Source: Trichoplax adhaerens
Taxonomy: Eukaryota; Animalia; Placozoa
Assembly (NCBI RefSeq): GCF_000150275.1
Contig: NW_002060948.1
Location: 1,511,983-1,575,982, forward strand
Direction of reading: 5' to 3'
Length of the DNA: 64,000 nucleotides
The translations under genes and the position numbers were made by a program. Of this stretch, positions 1 through 12,487 are shown in pieces. Position 1 is the stretch's first letter. Each line of letters opens with the position of its first letter. The notes beneath the pieces are model-generated. The model saw nothing but the letters and a program-made list of their open reading frames with translations. It had not been told where the DNA came from and made no database searches.

Positions 1-45
1 AGTAAAAGATCTTCCGTGTCTGTTTTCTAAATCGTTGATACTCAT
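1..45 (-). CDS. Possible 5' end of a gene running off the left edge (MSINDLENRHGRSFT...)
   Basis: ATG at 45 is open to the window edge and divergent from TMEM97 across a TACAG cluster. It is too short to identify. Confidence 0.2.
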   Translation of the reverse strand, partial: MSINDLENRHGRSFT

Positions 46-464
46 TTCAATAACATTGAAGATGCTCTATAGAACTGTTTCTAAGCAGAACTTACTGATG
101 GATAATGAGATTCAACGTACTATGACTTAATTTAGAAAAAAAATTGGTCAATTCAAAATCGATCGTCTGCCTACTCAAGTACTGTACTGCGATCAAGAAG
201 TGAAGATGAGGTCGAAAATATCTGTCTATCCAACAGTCCAGTCCAGGACACTGAGTGTACAGTGTACTGAGGCTGTTTCATAACATTTTGTCACTTTCGG
301 CCCATATTTTTCTTTAAAAATACAGTAAAGCTATAATAGAATGATATATGAGGTTGATGGAGAGATTCTGAAATATCTGAATCTGGTAAAGTTAGAAAGT
401 TAAACTTGCTCTTAAGTCCATAAATGATGAAAGTATCACTGACCGTTATATCCCCATTTATGAA

Positions 465-572
465 TGATCTACAGTACTGTACATATAAAGCAAGAATTAC
501 AATACAGTATAGTACTAAGAATACTGAAGCCGTTCCTACGTACAGTACAGTACTGTACAGTACTGTACGTGC
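465..572. promoter_or_regulatory. TACAG/CTGTA pentamer cluster upstream of TMEM97 (weaker cluster at 175-270)
   Basis: TACAGTACAGTACTGTACAGTACTGTAC at 541-568. Confidence 0.55.
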
Positions 573-1982
573 ACTCTAGTGTCAACCCTGGGTGTCATCT
601 CTTAACCTTTCAATCGACACTTGACGCCTATCTGGAAGATATCTAGCAAGGTGGTTATCACTACCGTGCCCATCAAGGTAAGAAAGGATCAATCGGATAG
701 GACTCCTAAGACGCGATCCTATCCATTCCATATACCAATCATGCATCCATTTGTGCAAAATTGATCGTCAATGCATGCTTTTAATATGTAGTGGGTAACT
801 TTCTACAAGAAGAGACCTATGTGTATAGGAAGGTCCATAACGATTGATCTTTTTGGAGCGTTTTACTGTACGTAGTTTTTACCAATCAAACAGATCCATC
901 TTGTCGATAGGTTAGAGAGAGTGAGATAGAAATTCAACATGAAACTGCAACGAATAGCGTACAACTGTAGATTGCATGGGATGAGAAGGAGACTTTGAAC
1001 ATGTGTATGGCCAGGAATTACACAACCCATTAGCGTATTCGTAGGTTAGGGATTGCATCCTTGACAAGCTAGTTAAGGTTAAAGATTCATAAAAGCACTC
1101 TGCAAGCTACCGTTGTCGATGGCTTAGCATCACGGGGTATAGCCCACCAATTTTATCCTTGCCAATAGATGTCAATCTGTACAACTTGCAGTATATGCCA
1201 CTCTTATTCTATCAATTAATAGTTTTACTCAATGTCAACTTAGATCCTGCTACAAAGCAACTGTTCATAAAGGATAATGTATCAGATGCAACTGTACACA
1301 ACATACTGTCCATGAAACCTCCTTGGCTAGCAAATCGACATTGCGAAAGCATGACTAGCTGCATAGAATAAACCAACGGTTAAAATAATAGAATTTCACC
1401 TCAGATACTTCTGTCTAATCCTGATAGTTCTATCACAAACACCTAGTAAAACGACTTAAGAATTTGAAGGCATTTTCTCTGCCACAATCTAGGCGAAGTA
1501 TTGCTAGCCATTAGTTTCTAGACAGTCAAGACATCGAACGCATTTCAGGTGATGTGGGAGTTAAAATTCAATTCCTTAAGCTTATCTGCGATTACCCTCA
1601 ATCGAATCCACATACGAGTATAGTATTCTACTACATTTGTACACTTGCTTGTTTACAAATATTATTCCTAAATACGGTAGAGTACAATTGCAAATTGGTC
1701 AATATCAATCAACTATTTCCTGTTACTAGCCGTTAATACGAACTGATTCGAATACACTTTATTAACGATGAATCGTTGCGATGAATATTAATTTGATACC
1801 ATCAAACTTTCTATATACGTGCATACACGTGCATATATACCAAGTAGAACATGCGATAATCAATCAAATCTTATTAAAACACTTATTGTCACATACTCGT
1901 AACTTATACGACATTCTAAATTGCCAATTGGTCTTCTATTTTGCAGGACTGCCCAGCCAGGAAATACCAGAGAAGCACAAAA

Positions 1983-2870
1983 ATGTCAACGTTACTCAAT
2001 ATTGTCTTTCAATTCTATTTTATCACCCATATACCTATTACTATCTTGCTAGACAGTCAAGCCATTTTTCCAGATTCATACTATCCAAAATCGGTATTAT
2101 TCGCTAACTCGAGAATTACTGTGGAATTAATTAATTAATCTTATTGCTTTGATATGAACAATTTTATGATGCGAAACGTCCATACCTGTTCTATCGGTAT
2201 TTACTGGTATCCAACCATGTACCGTTGCTATCTTAGGTTACAGGTGTCATGCAGTTTCACATCAATGAATTTAAAGATCCTCTGATGGCAGATCCACCTA
2301 TTTGGCTGCAAACATTTATAGTGATCGAATGCCTACTTCAGCTACCTTTCTTCTTCTTTGCATCATATGCCTTTATAAAAGGTACTAGAATATCAATATC
2401 TATGTTTGTTTATTATCAACCTATTTGATACAAATACCCCCCAAAAATTCGTTCTACAAAGTATTAAATATTATCTTACCGTATAACTAGTTGATTTACT
2501 TTATCAACGTAAATAACTGTAATTTATAAAGCACAAATAAGTAAAATTAGAATCCATTTTACCGCCATGTTGATTGTGCTTCAAAAATTTCTAACGGATT
2601 ATATTTTTTATTCTAGGCATAAAGAAATGCAAATGGGTTAAATTACCGTGCATAGTCTATGCTGCACATGTTGCTACTACGGTAGTACCAATTTTGGCTC
2701 ATCTCGCTCTCACCGACTTTTCTAACGCCACCATAGGGCCTAAAACCGACAAAGAACGACTAATATTAATTGCTATTTATATACCCTATCTCGTTATACC
2801 AGTAATGCTGCTATTTTACGTGCTTGCCTTACGATTTGATGAACCGCAAACTAAAAGCAAGCGACATTAA
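1983..2870 (+). CDS. TMEM97: TMEM97 / sigma-2 receptor (EXPERA family); coding exons 1983-2093, 2237-2381, 2617-2870
   Basis: Spliced translation MSTLLNIVFQFYFITHIPITILLDSQAIFP..., FKDPLMADPPIWLQTFIVIECLLQLPFFFFASYAF, IVYAAHVATT, IYIPYLVIP matches TMEM97 hallmark segments. It ends KSKRH* (KxKxx ER-retrieval type). Introns are GT-AG. A likely 5' UTR exon ends near 677 (CAAG|GTAAGA) with an acceptor at 1946. Confidence 0.9.
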
Positions 2871-3442
2871 CACATCACATAAATTCTATCGAGGACGCCC
2901 TTCTAAAGTACTTCCTCATGATAAATTTTAAACGTTTGGAGGAATCTGTATTATCATATCCTAGAAACAATACTAGCATCGTGCTCTATGTACCCTCTAT
3001 AGTCATTACAAAAAAGTTTTAGATCCCAACTCGCTCATTAGCAGTTTCATTGATATTTTACATAAAAAATTATACTAATATTTGAGGCTCTAAATATATA
3101 GAAATAAGTATATTTTGCGCTACATCATCATTGTTGTATTTGACCAATACCTCCGTCAAGTGCTGCACTATACAGCACTAGGGAAAGTTCAATCCTCCCA
3201 ATTTGTAACCATAGTTTCTAAGAGATTAAAGCTAAACTAAACTAGTAAAACGATTTGTCTTCGCCATACCATGTATGAATACCAATTAAATACCACTGTT
3301 AAATGTTCATTTATTCATTTTAACAATTCCTAAGCTTAGAAATAAAATCTGAAAAGCTTATCCGATATCTTGTGTGATCTAATTGATCTGTTATCAACAT
3401 GAGTTATCCTATATCTCCCAATCCATTTGTTTATTAGACAAG

Positions 3443-3630
3443 TATATGCGGTAATCGTCATCATTTATGAAACTGAACTTAAACAGTTTTCATGTATTTG
3501 ACGAATTGGTTAACGAACGTTTACGAAGAAGTTCAATCTATATGCGGCAATGGCCATTATTTGTGAGACTGAGTTTAAGCAGTTTTTATACGTTTGAAAA
3601 ATTGGTTAATGAACGTTTACGAACAAAATC
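3443..3630. repeat. Diverged tandem duplication, ~96-bp unit x2
   Basis: TATATGCGG...AATTGGTTAA(C/T)GAACGTTTACGAA occurs twice. Confidence 0.8.
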
Positions 3631-4445
3631 TCAAGTTCCCCATTTTTTTAATATAGCATTCAGCAACGAATTTTTCCTTATATAGACCAACATACCATAT
3701 AACTTAATGTAGATATCCTAATATGCTACATGATATAGGAACATTCACGCCTTGACTAGTGCTGGATCGATATGCTCGTATTGGCTTAGCAATATTTGTA
3801 AGCTCATATAATGCCACTTGTAATCGAATGTAATACTTATAGCTAGTCATACTTATTGAAGGGTCCATCATAAAAAATTTTTGCCGCTAAAACATAATTT
3901 TATTTCGCACCAGATTAAAAATAAATAGTTTTTATGGTATCACAAATAAGTTGATTAGCAAAGCACAAATCTTCCTGAATAGCAAAACCAACCATGTATG
4001 ATACGATATCATTTACAACTATTTCCGAAAGTGAAGATAGAATTTTCATAATACTTTATCACATTCATAGCCCTGTCATACCTATACCATATCATAAAAT
4101 ATTACTTTGGTTATGGTATATCGGGATATTTAAAAGCGCAATAGCGACGAATACTATTCGATAATTGCTTTTCATGATATAAATCACGTTAATTCTATAC
4201 GTAGGCGCAGCTTTTACATTGATGTATTTAAATTTACTTATTCTTATAACGATAAAAATCTAAAATCTATAGGTCTGATACATTTTATCTATGTATTTAA
4301 ATAAAGTCAATCGATGTAAAGAAGAAGCCTACAGGATTTTATAGCAAATTAGACTGCTACGGTAATTTTACTAGTAAGTGATCAGACTGAGGATACCTGG
4401 TACGCGTATAGTATTTCGATTTAATTCTCTTTAAACGACTGTATT

Positions 4446-5486
4446 CTATTTCTTGGCTTGAATAACCTTGACAGCATCCATAATCAATCGTGCTTCCTTA
4501 TTAGCTTTCTCTGCAACATGTCTAGCTTCATCTGAGAGGTGATCTAATTTTTTAGCTTCATGGAACATTTTCATCTGTAATTTTTTAATTTCATGAGTCA
4601 TTCGATTCAAACCATTAGCTTCTTCTCTTATCTTCTCTGCATCTTGTTTAGCCTTTGTAGCAGTTTTACTCGCTTGAGCGGCAGCAAATTTTAAATCTGC
4701 GGCAAACTTTTTCATTTCAGGTACCATTTTCTTAACTTCAGCAATAACTGGACCTTTAATCGATAGAGCAGTTTTTTTAACCTCTTTAGCAACTTCAGAC
4801 ATAACCTTAGCTTGTTCCTTCTTTAAAATAGCTTTCATTACTTTCTTTGCTTTTTGTACGTCAGTAAAAGCTTTAAATTTTTCTTGTTTAACTACTTTAT
4901 GGGCCATTTGTTCTGTATTTGTAGCTTCCGACATTATTTTATTTTCTGCTTTCTTTACCTTATGGCGAATTTCTGTCTTCAATTTATGAGCCTCATCATT
5001 AATCGAATGGATCATGGTATTTGCCTCACTCTTGATTTTTTTTTGAGCTTGATCAGCTATTTTCGAATCGGCATAATCGACTTTCTGGATTTCTTTGCGG
5101 ATATATCCATCAGCTTTTTTTTCATGCTGGCGAATTTTTTTATCAGCTTGATGTACTGCCGCATTCACGTCATGAGAAAGTTTACGTACCTCTTGATTTC
5201 CTATATGTTTAAGTTCTACTTTTGCGGCTTTAATTTCCTTTGCTATATCGTATTGGCCATTCTTTTTTAACTCCTTTAGAGTACGATCCATTATCTTTTT
5301 AGCCTCTTCAATCCTTGCGGCAACTTTTTTAGCCGCGGATTCTGCATCTTTCGCCTTTTTTTTAGAAAGCATTCCGGCCGCAGCTACCTTCTTTATGTCC
5401 TTTCCATGCCCTAAATTAAATGCCGCGACTTGGCTAACGGTAAAGCATGCTATCAATAATGATAATATTACAAACTTTTGATTCAT
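4446..5486 (-). CDS. Intronless secreted Lys/Ala-rich alpha-helical protein of unknown function (346 aa from ATG 5486)
   Basis: An open frame of more than 1 kb in very AT-rich DNA. N-terminus MNQKFVILSLLIACFTVSQVAA looks like a signal peptide. The mature region has no Cys or Trp and almost no Pro. The track's start at 5504 is a TTG; the first ATG is at 5486. Confidence 0.85.
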   Translation of the reverse strand: MNQKFVILSLLIACFTVSQVAAFNLGHGKDIKKVAAAGMLSKKKAKDAESAAKKVAARIEEAKKIMDRTLKELKKNGQYDIAKEIKAAKVELKHIGNQEVRKLSHDVNAAVHQADKKIRQHEKKADGYIRKEIQKVDYADSKIADQAQKKIKSEANTMIHSINDEAHKLKTEIRHKVKKAENKIMSEATNTEQMAHKVVKQEKFKAFTDVQKAKKVMKAILKKEQAKVMSEVAKEVKKTALSIKGPVIAEVKKMVPEMKKFAADLKFAAAQASKTATKAKQDAEKIREEANGLNRMTHEIKKLQMKMFHEAKKLDHLSDEARHVAEKANKEARLIMDAVKVIQAKK

Positions 5487-5617
5487 TTCCAAGCTTGTAT
5501 CCAATTTGATATATTCAAAATTATGAAAAAGTGTTTTATAAAATGTTTAGTGATCCTTTAAATTAGTAGATCGAATGAAAATTTCAAGAAACTATTTTTA
5601 TTGGATCTTTGACTGTC

Positions 5618-5625
5618 TTTATATA
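5618..5625 (-). promoter_or_regulatory. TATA box (TATATAAA) of the secreted-protein gene
   Basis: TTTATATA on + reads TATATAAAG on -, about 130 nt upstream of ATG 5486. Confidence 0.5.
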
Positions 5626-8600
5626 CTACAGCAGAGCAATATTGGAAGGTAAACTATAAACGTAATTATTGACGTCTTGACATCGATTTTCGCCACGTAT
5701 CCTTTGTTGATACAGTAAAGAATGAATACCATATGGTTCTATAGGCATAACAGTATTTGCAAATAGAAAATTGATTTATTTTGTACCACATTCAATCATA
5801 ATAAATTACATATATCTAGGAACAGAACTGTATCTGTTACCCTTCATAAAAGGACATTCTTTATTGCTGACATTGACACCCTATATAAACCTATATAAAG
5901 CAGTTATAACCAATGGGCATGCGAGATTTAATAATACAATACTGTTTGCTTGAGGTTAAAGTAATTTTGTAGAATATGATGACATCCAAAATCAATAAAG
6001 GCGTATGGTAAAATTTAAATATCGTACAATATTTACTAATTCTACCGACTAAATAACAATCCAATGAATTCTTTCAAGTTACCAACTTCATATAAAAGTA
6101 GCTGATCGCGCATTTATGATATGATTTTATTGATGTTGCTATATGCTTCCTGGTACGGACACAGGAAAATGGATCAGTTTGCCAATAATAGCAATCTCAA
6201 TGTATCAATCGTATGAAAATAGCATAGATAATCAATTTACTTCAATTTATAAATCATAAATCATATCTGTGCGCTGAAATAGAATATAAAATCGGACTCC
6301 CTTACAGCTAAGTCTTAATGCATAATTGTAAATTGAACTGCGTATTAACCAGTAAAGTTAAGGTAGCGTTTTTAATGACGTATTATAGAACAAATTAAAA
6401 ATAGCCAATTTATGATGCCCTCTAGAACATTAGAATTTTAGTTTACATTTTTAAGTTAACTGGATTAATTCGATGACGTAATATACGTATATTTATACCA
6501 ATCATGCATGCATACATACATCTAAAATGGTTATAACTTGAGTGCAAAAGCAAATACGAAAATTATTTGTCCTATGTCTGAGTCATTATTTCATTGTTTT
6601 TAAATAATAGCGCAGACTAAATCCTAGAAATGACTACAAATTAATAGGTAGAAAGAAAGCTTTCCAGTCATTCCTCAACCTGTATATAACCATCCTCAAG
6701 ATGACGTACCTGTTGCACACTCATAATATCAGATCAACGCTTTAAATAGTTTGATACCTTTTATTCTTAATCATGATATACTGTAAACTGCTGTCTCTAG
6801 AAATTATTACATACCAAATACAGAAGCAAAGGACAGAATTAGCTCTACTGTAGGTGATAAGGTCTACACTTGGAGTGAATTTGATCGTCATTAAGTAATC
6901 ACCATACTGATCAGAGTCTCTGAACAATTGCATCCCATTCATGTAAAAGGAAGCGGAGTTTCCATGCTTCTGTGATATCAATCTTAGGATTATCCTTTGA
7001 TACATTTGTTTTTTCGTTGCCGTATTTCATTGACATGAATTGCATCATACTGAAAGTTCTATACTTGTAATTAATTGGATAGCAGAATTAAACATTATGC
7101 AATCCAAGCCATTCCCAAGTATCAATATCAATCATACACTCCAACCCCGTAACCATAGCCCGTCCGTTGGACGAAGGTAACAATACAATTTGAAATATTT
7201 CGAAATTTTATACATATAGCTTGAATGATTGACAACAATATTAATAACCTAACCTTTACCCGATTAATCTATGCAAGATCTTCATTGCGTAATTATGATG
7301 AATGAAATAATTGACTAATAACTCTATGAAGGAAGTCAGCTGAAATGGATATTACCATATTCTCTTCCTAACGACGTATTGTGACGTAGGAAATATTAAA
7401 ATATGTTTTCTTGTAACCTCCTTGTTACGCATGTTCACGTTATGGCAAATGACTGTTTTACTATGGTTTATTCACAGTTTGTATGTCATATATGAAAGTG
7501 ATGGATTACAGTACTATCATTCTGATTAATAATCATCAATATAATGAAGATCTCGTTGCTATATTCTTAAAAATTATTTTAATCCGAATATAAAAAGGAT
7601 TTTAGCATTTCCCAGAAGCAATATGCTTATTGTACAGTACAAGAACGTGATTTCGCTTAGAGAAATTATCTCGGGCATTTGCTTGTTGCGTGCACTTCAC
7701 TACATATAAATGCTGCCCATAGGTTGTAGCTTCAAAGAAAAATAAGAGAATGCAGGGCATAATCCTACGGGCATTGCCCAATACCTTGGTACTAATTATG
7801 AGATGCATTGCTCAGTAAATGGAGCTTAAATTAGTTAGATAATTAATTAATTAGCAAAGCACTCTGGCAATAGACACGATATCATATCAACGACTTATAG
7901 CAGTAAGACCGGTACTTTAAAACTTCTGCTGAATTAAATATACAACGATTTTTAAAGAATGATCTGAAGTTGGTAAGTATGATAGATAAGTTTCCTAATA
8001 AGACCTTATATATTAATTATAGACTAAGGCATTCTTGGCTCATAGTTTTCTCAATTTAATTCTTACATAGTATTTATATAGAGTTTCAAGTCGCTTTCGT
8101 AAGTGAAAACTATGTACTGCACAAATTAAGCTAGTTATACGTATAGGCGGATCACTAGATGGTAATAATTAACTTGTTTAATCCAGTCTATATCAACATT
8201 AAATACTATCATTTTTATCAACCGTTTACTGGATATTTCTCACGTTTCAGTGTACTTATTCTTGTCAATATTTTTATTTTAGAGATTTAGTGAGTAAATT
8301 TTTAAATCTACGAGTACTTATTATGCTAGCGATTGGGAGATCTATATGTAAGAATTAAACATGTTGGTATTCAATTCTCTATCCTAACGACTACAACGAT
8401 CAGTCTTGATTTTTTTTGGTTTGGGATGGTTCAAACTTATATTATAGACAGGAATAATAGGAATGCAATTCGTATTGCTATAAGTGTTTAGTATTGAATG
8501 AGCTTATTTCAAGGATATGCTACCTGGAGGCCCTTGATTGAAGTTTATTTATATTACATTCATTTAAAGATGAGAAATTGGTTATTATTAACTTCGATGA

Positions 8601-8815
8601 ATTTATTTATTCAGCAGTAATGTCAATAGTAAGATATTTCACGCAAACACGGACAATCAATATATCAAATGTTGGTTTTTTCTCAGTAATCAATTCATGT
8701 TCACGTGAATGGTTATAAATTGCTAAATGTTTCTAATACTGTATTATTATTTCATCTACTACGGCTGAAGTAAAAAAATTGAGCAAAGTCCTTACAGATC
8801 AAAGCGACTTTCACA

Positions 8816-11800
8816 ATGGGAGAAGAAATATTTAGCTTGGAAAGTTTACTAGAGAAAAATTTACAAGGTCGTGATTTGGATGAAGCTAAGCGCATACTTT
8901 ATGGATCAGGATTCAGGTTAGAGTTGTCATAATATTCTTCTCATACCATTTGCTCAAAATTTTCAAGGAATGAGCTTCCATTCAGTTTTCTTCTTTAACA
9001 TCGGTGATTCAATAAGGTACCTTACACAATTTTATAGTTGAATCATACTAAAGAGAGAAATTTGTAGGGTTTAATATCATTTTTAATGTAATCACGTTTA
9101 AATCTCTTTCCTTTCGTAACTGAAGTGGCTAAATCATGTAATATTAATTATTTAATCTTAGTGCTTTAACGCTACCCGAGACAGCGTCTCGAGAAGCAAC
9201 AGATCTAGATTTCGAGCTGAAAGGATATAAAATCTCTGCTCAAGCTGAAGAAACACGACCGCCTAGAATAGTGCGAATTGGTCTGGTACAGAATAAAATT
9301 CACTTGCCTACGACAGCATCCATTGTTGAGCAGGTTAGCAAGATCTACATTGATTGACCGTATCACATAATAATAGCACGAATTGAAAACTGAAAATCGT
9401 TTTTCTTGTGTACTCCTTAAGTACGGAGTCCAAGGTACATACGCTATCATGTATACTCAATTTTATTACCTTTCTTTTTGAATGGCTTGACATGCTAAGT
9501 TAGGATCTAATAGCCTGATTTAAATGATAAATATCTATTCTCATCTCGTTACTAATCACTGTAGCGCGAGGCATTACATCAAAGAATTAGTCAAATTACG
9601 AAAGTAGCAGCAGATTGTGGGGTCAATGTTATATGTTACCAAGAAGCATGGAGTAAGTAGCAAGCCACATTTAATATATCGATTATTCATGTCCCAACGG
9701 GATAAATACTGTATTTATTTCGTTTAATCACAGTCTTTACTTACGGTATCACTTTAAAATTGTAATTTTAATTAAGTCAAATAATTTTTCTTTCTATTTT
9801 CTGGTTAGATATGCCTTTTGCTTTTTGTACACGTGAAAAGCATCCTTGGTGTCAATTTGCAGAATCTGCTGAAGATGGACCATCGGCAAAATTGTGTTGT
9901 CAGGTAGAGTTGCGCTGATGCTAAGTTTTAAGCGTTGTAATTTGTTAAAAGATCTACGAAAGATCAATTCATGTTAACTTTTATACGTTTAATACTACTT
10001 CTAATCCAAAATTTTTGTCACAGTTGGCCGAACGATACAATATGGTCATCCTGTCGCCTATTTTAGAAAGAGATTCTTTGCATGGCGATACAATCTTTAA
10101 TACAACAAGTAATAAAAATGATCAGAATATTAAGCAACTACCGCAGTATTTATAGACATTAACAAAACCGTATTGCTAATTCTTGATTTTTTATATACTG
10201 TGAGGATTGTTCGTAATCCATATATTACAATTATGATAGTGTACTATATTAGCATTCTTAATGAGAGATTTAATTTAACTTTTTAGCCGTCATTTCAAAT
10301 CACGGCAAGGTTATTGGAAAAACACGAAAAAATCATATACCTCGCGTTGGCGCCTTTAATGAGGTAATAACTTTACTTCATATTATTCATAGTAACAGTA
10401 ATATTTTAAACTAATCATTTCCTGATTGGCGTTTAATTAACGCATATTTGTAATACGATCCTATCTTGCTATATAGTCAACTTATTACATGGAGGGTGAT
10501 ACTGGTCATCGGGTGTTCGAAACAGATTTTGGTAAATACCAAGAAAATTACAAGTCTCTTTTCTAAAACAGATGCAAAGGAATAGTTTCTTTACTGCCAC
10601 TTGCGAATTAAGCTAACAAGAAGATACGTTTTCTTTGTAGCCAAATTACATTTGCAATTCGAGAAATATTCATTCAAACGCGTATTTACCGTTAACGTAA
10701 ATGTTATCAGAAGCACATTTTTTTTGCAATAGATCCAAGAACACTGTACTAGTGTACAGCTTATTTGATATTTTTTCAAATCATGCTAACTAGCACTAAC
10801 TCTGACCATTTATAGGAAAGATTGCTATCAATATCTGCTATGGTCGTCATCATCCCCTTAATTGGCTAATGTATGGAGTAAATGGAGCAGAAATAGTCTT
10901 TAATCCATCTGCCACCGTAGGAGCTTTAAGGTATCGCAATTGTTAATTCTGATTTTATAAGTGTCGAATCCCCTAATCTCCACTGGACTTGACTGAAATT
11001 TTAGCTACGATTAAACCTTTCTCCGTTCGAATTTGTCAATTTCACCATAGTTCTACTGAAAGATTCACTTATCGTTAATCGTATGCTTTTAATCGACTTC
11101 TATAACCAATAGCGAGCCTATGTGGTCAATTGAGGCGAGAAATGCTGCCATTGCGAATACGTACTTCACAGCGGGGATTAACCGCGTAGGAACGGTAAGA
11201 TACATTGTTGAGGTTTTGAAGAGGAAATATAGCAGTAAAACCTATAAAGCAATTCGATTATACTGCAGTTATTTATTGGGCAGTGCAGACTAAAAAGCTA
11301 CGGTATTAACTCTCATTTAATTTCCTAGGAATCATATCCTAACGAATTTACTGATGGTGATGGAAAGCCAGGTATGATTAAAATAGATGATCATATTACT
11401 AAGAAATAAAGACCTAAAAGATATCTTTTCCATGCAACTATAATTCTAGCTCATCACGATTTTGGACATTTTTACGGTAAAAACTTATTTCTATTCTATA
11501 TTCATTGCCAATAATAGATAACCAAAGCACTACAATAACGTAGTTAATAGTATCCTATTAATATGATAACACTTATTTATTTATTACGTTCAACTGATCA
11601 ATGTATTAAAGCTGGCTAGCTATTGATGGTATTTCTAACTTTGATGATGTTCAGGTTCCAGTTATGTAGCTGCTCCAAATGGTGGTAGAACTCCGGTATA
11701 TACAGGATTCTCTAGATAATATATCTTCTGTTTAAACGTTTATGCATTAATCATTTCTTTCAATGTTAAATTTTGAAGCTTCATCTTGTTAACTCATGTT

Positions 11801-12111
11801 TCTATATCTTTTTCAAAGATTTTGCATTGTTAATTTTTTAAGCTATATTTCGAATCATGACAGGGTTTAAGCCGCGTTAACGAAGGTTTGCTGGTTGTAG
11901 AGTTGGATTTGAATTTGATTCGCCAAATTAAAGATAAATGGGGATTTCAGGTTAAGATAATATAAATTGGTGTCCTGCAAGGATTTTATCAGCACACACT
12001 CACAAATTTGTTTACGATTTTTTATAGATGACTGCTCGATTAGATATGTATGCTAAAGAATTAGCTAACGCCGTATCATCTGACTTTAAGCCTTCAATCA
12101 TTAAAGGTTAA
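8816..12111 (+). CDS. UPB1: Beta-ureidopropionase (nitrilase superfamily), about 14 coding exons
   Basis: [31 protein letters not shown], catalytic Glu in CYQEAW, Lys in RKNHIPRVG, Cys in [30 protein letters not shown], and C-terminal [27 protein letters not shown]. Exons start at about 8816, 9162, 9565, 9809, 10024, 10287, 10477, 10816, 11112, 11329, 11450, 11655, 11864 and 12028. AATAAA at 12175. Confidence 0.95.
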
Positions 12112-12487
12112 CATCCTTCAATAACTGAAAAACAAATATTATGATTTATTATGGTATGAGAATTTTTTCTGAATAATAAATAAGGATAACCATTTCATAA
12201 ATAGTTTGTAACTATGCTACCGTAATTCAGTATTAGTAGAAATACAATCGTGGATCTTAGGTGTTAGAAGTTTTCTTATGTCTAGTGTTTATGTATTCCA
12301 TTTGGTGTAGAAATAATTATATAGGGTAACATAAATTGGTTGTTGTTATAGCTGATAAAGTTTTACCCTTTTCATTACATAACATCTTCGATGTTATCAT
12401 GATGCACTACAACTTCTAAATCATATTACAAAATTATCATTGTGGTCTTTAATAAAGTGACATATTAAGGTTTCTGTAATATTATAC

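Noticed and set aside
4854-5270. 138-aa Phe-rich ORF on the + strand
   Set aside because: It is the antisense shadow of the Lys-rich gene; AAA codons read as TTT.
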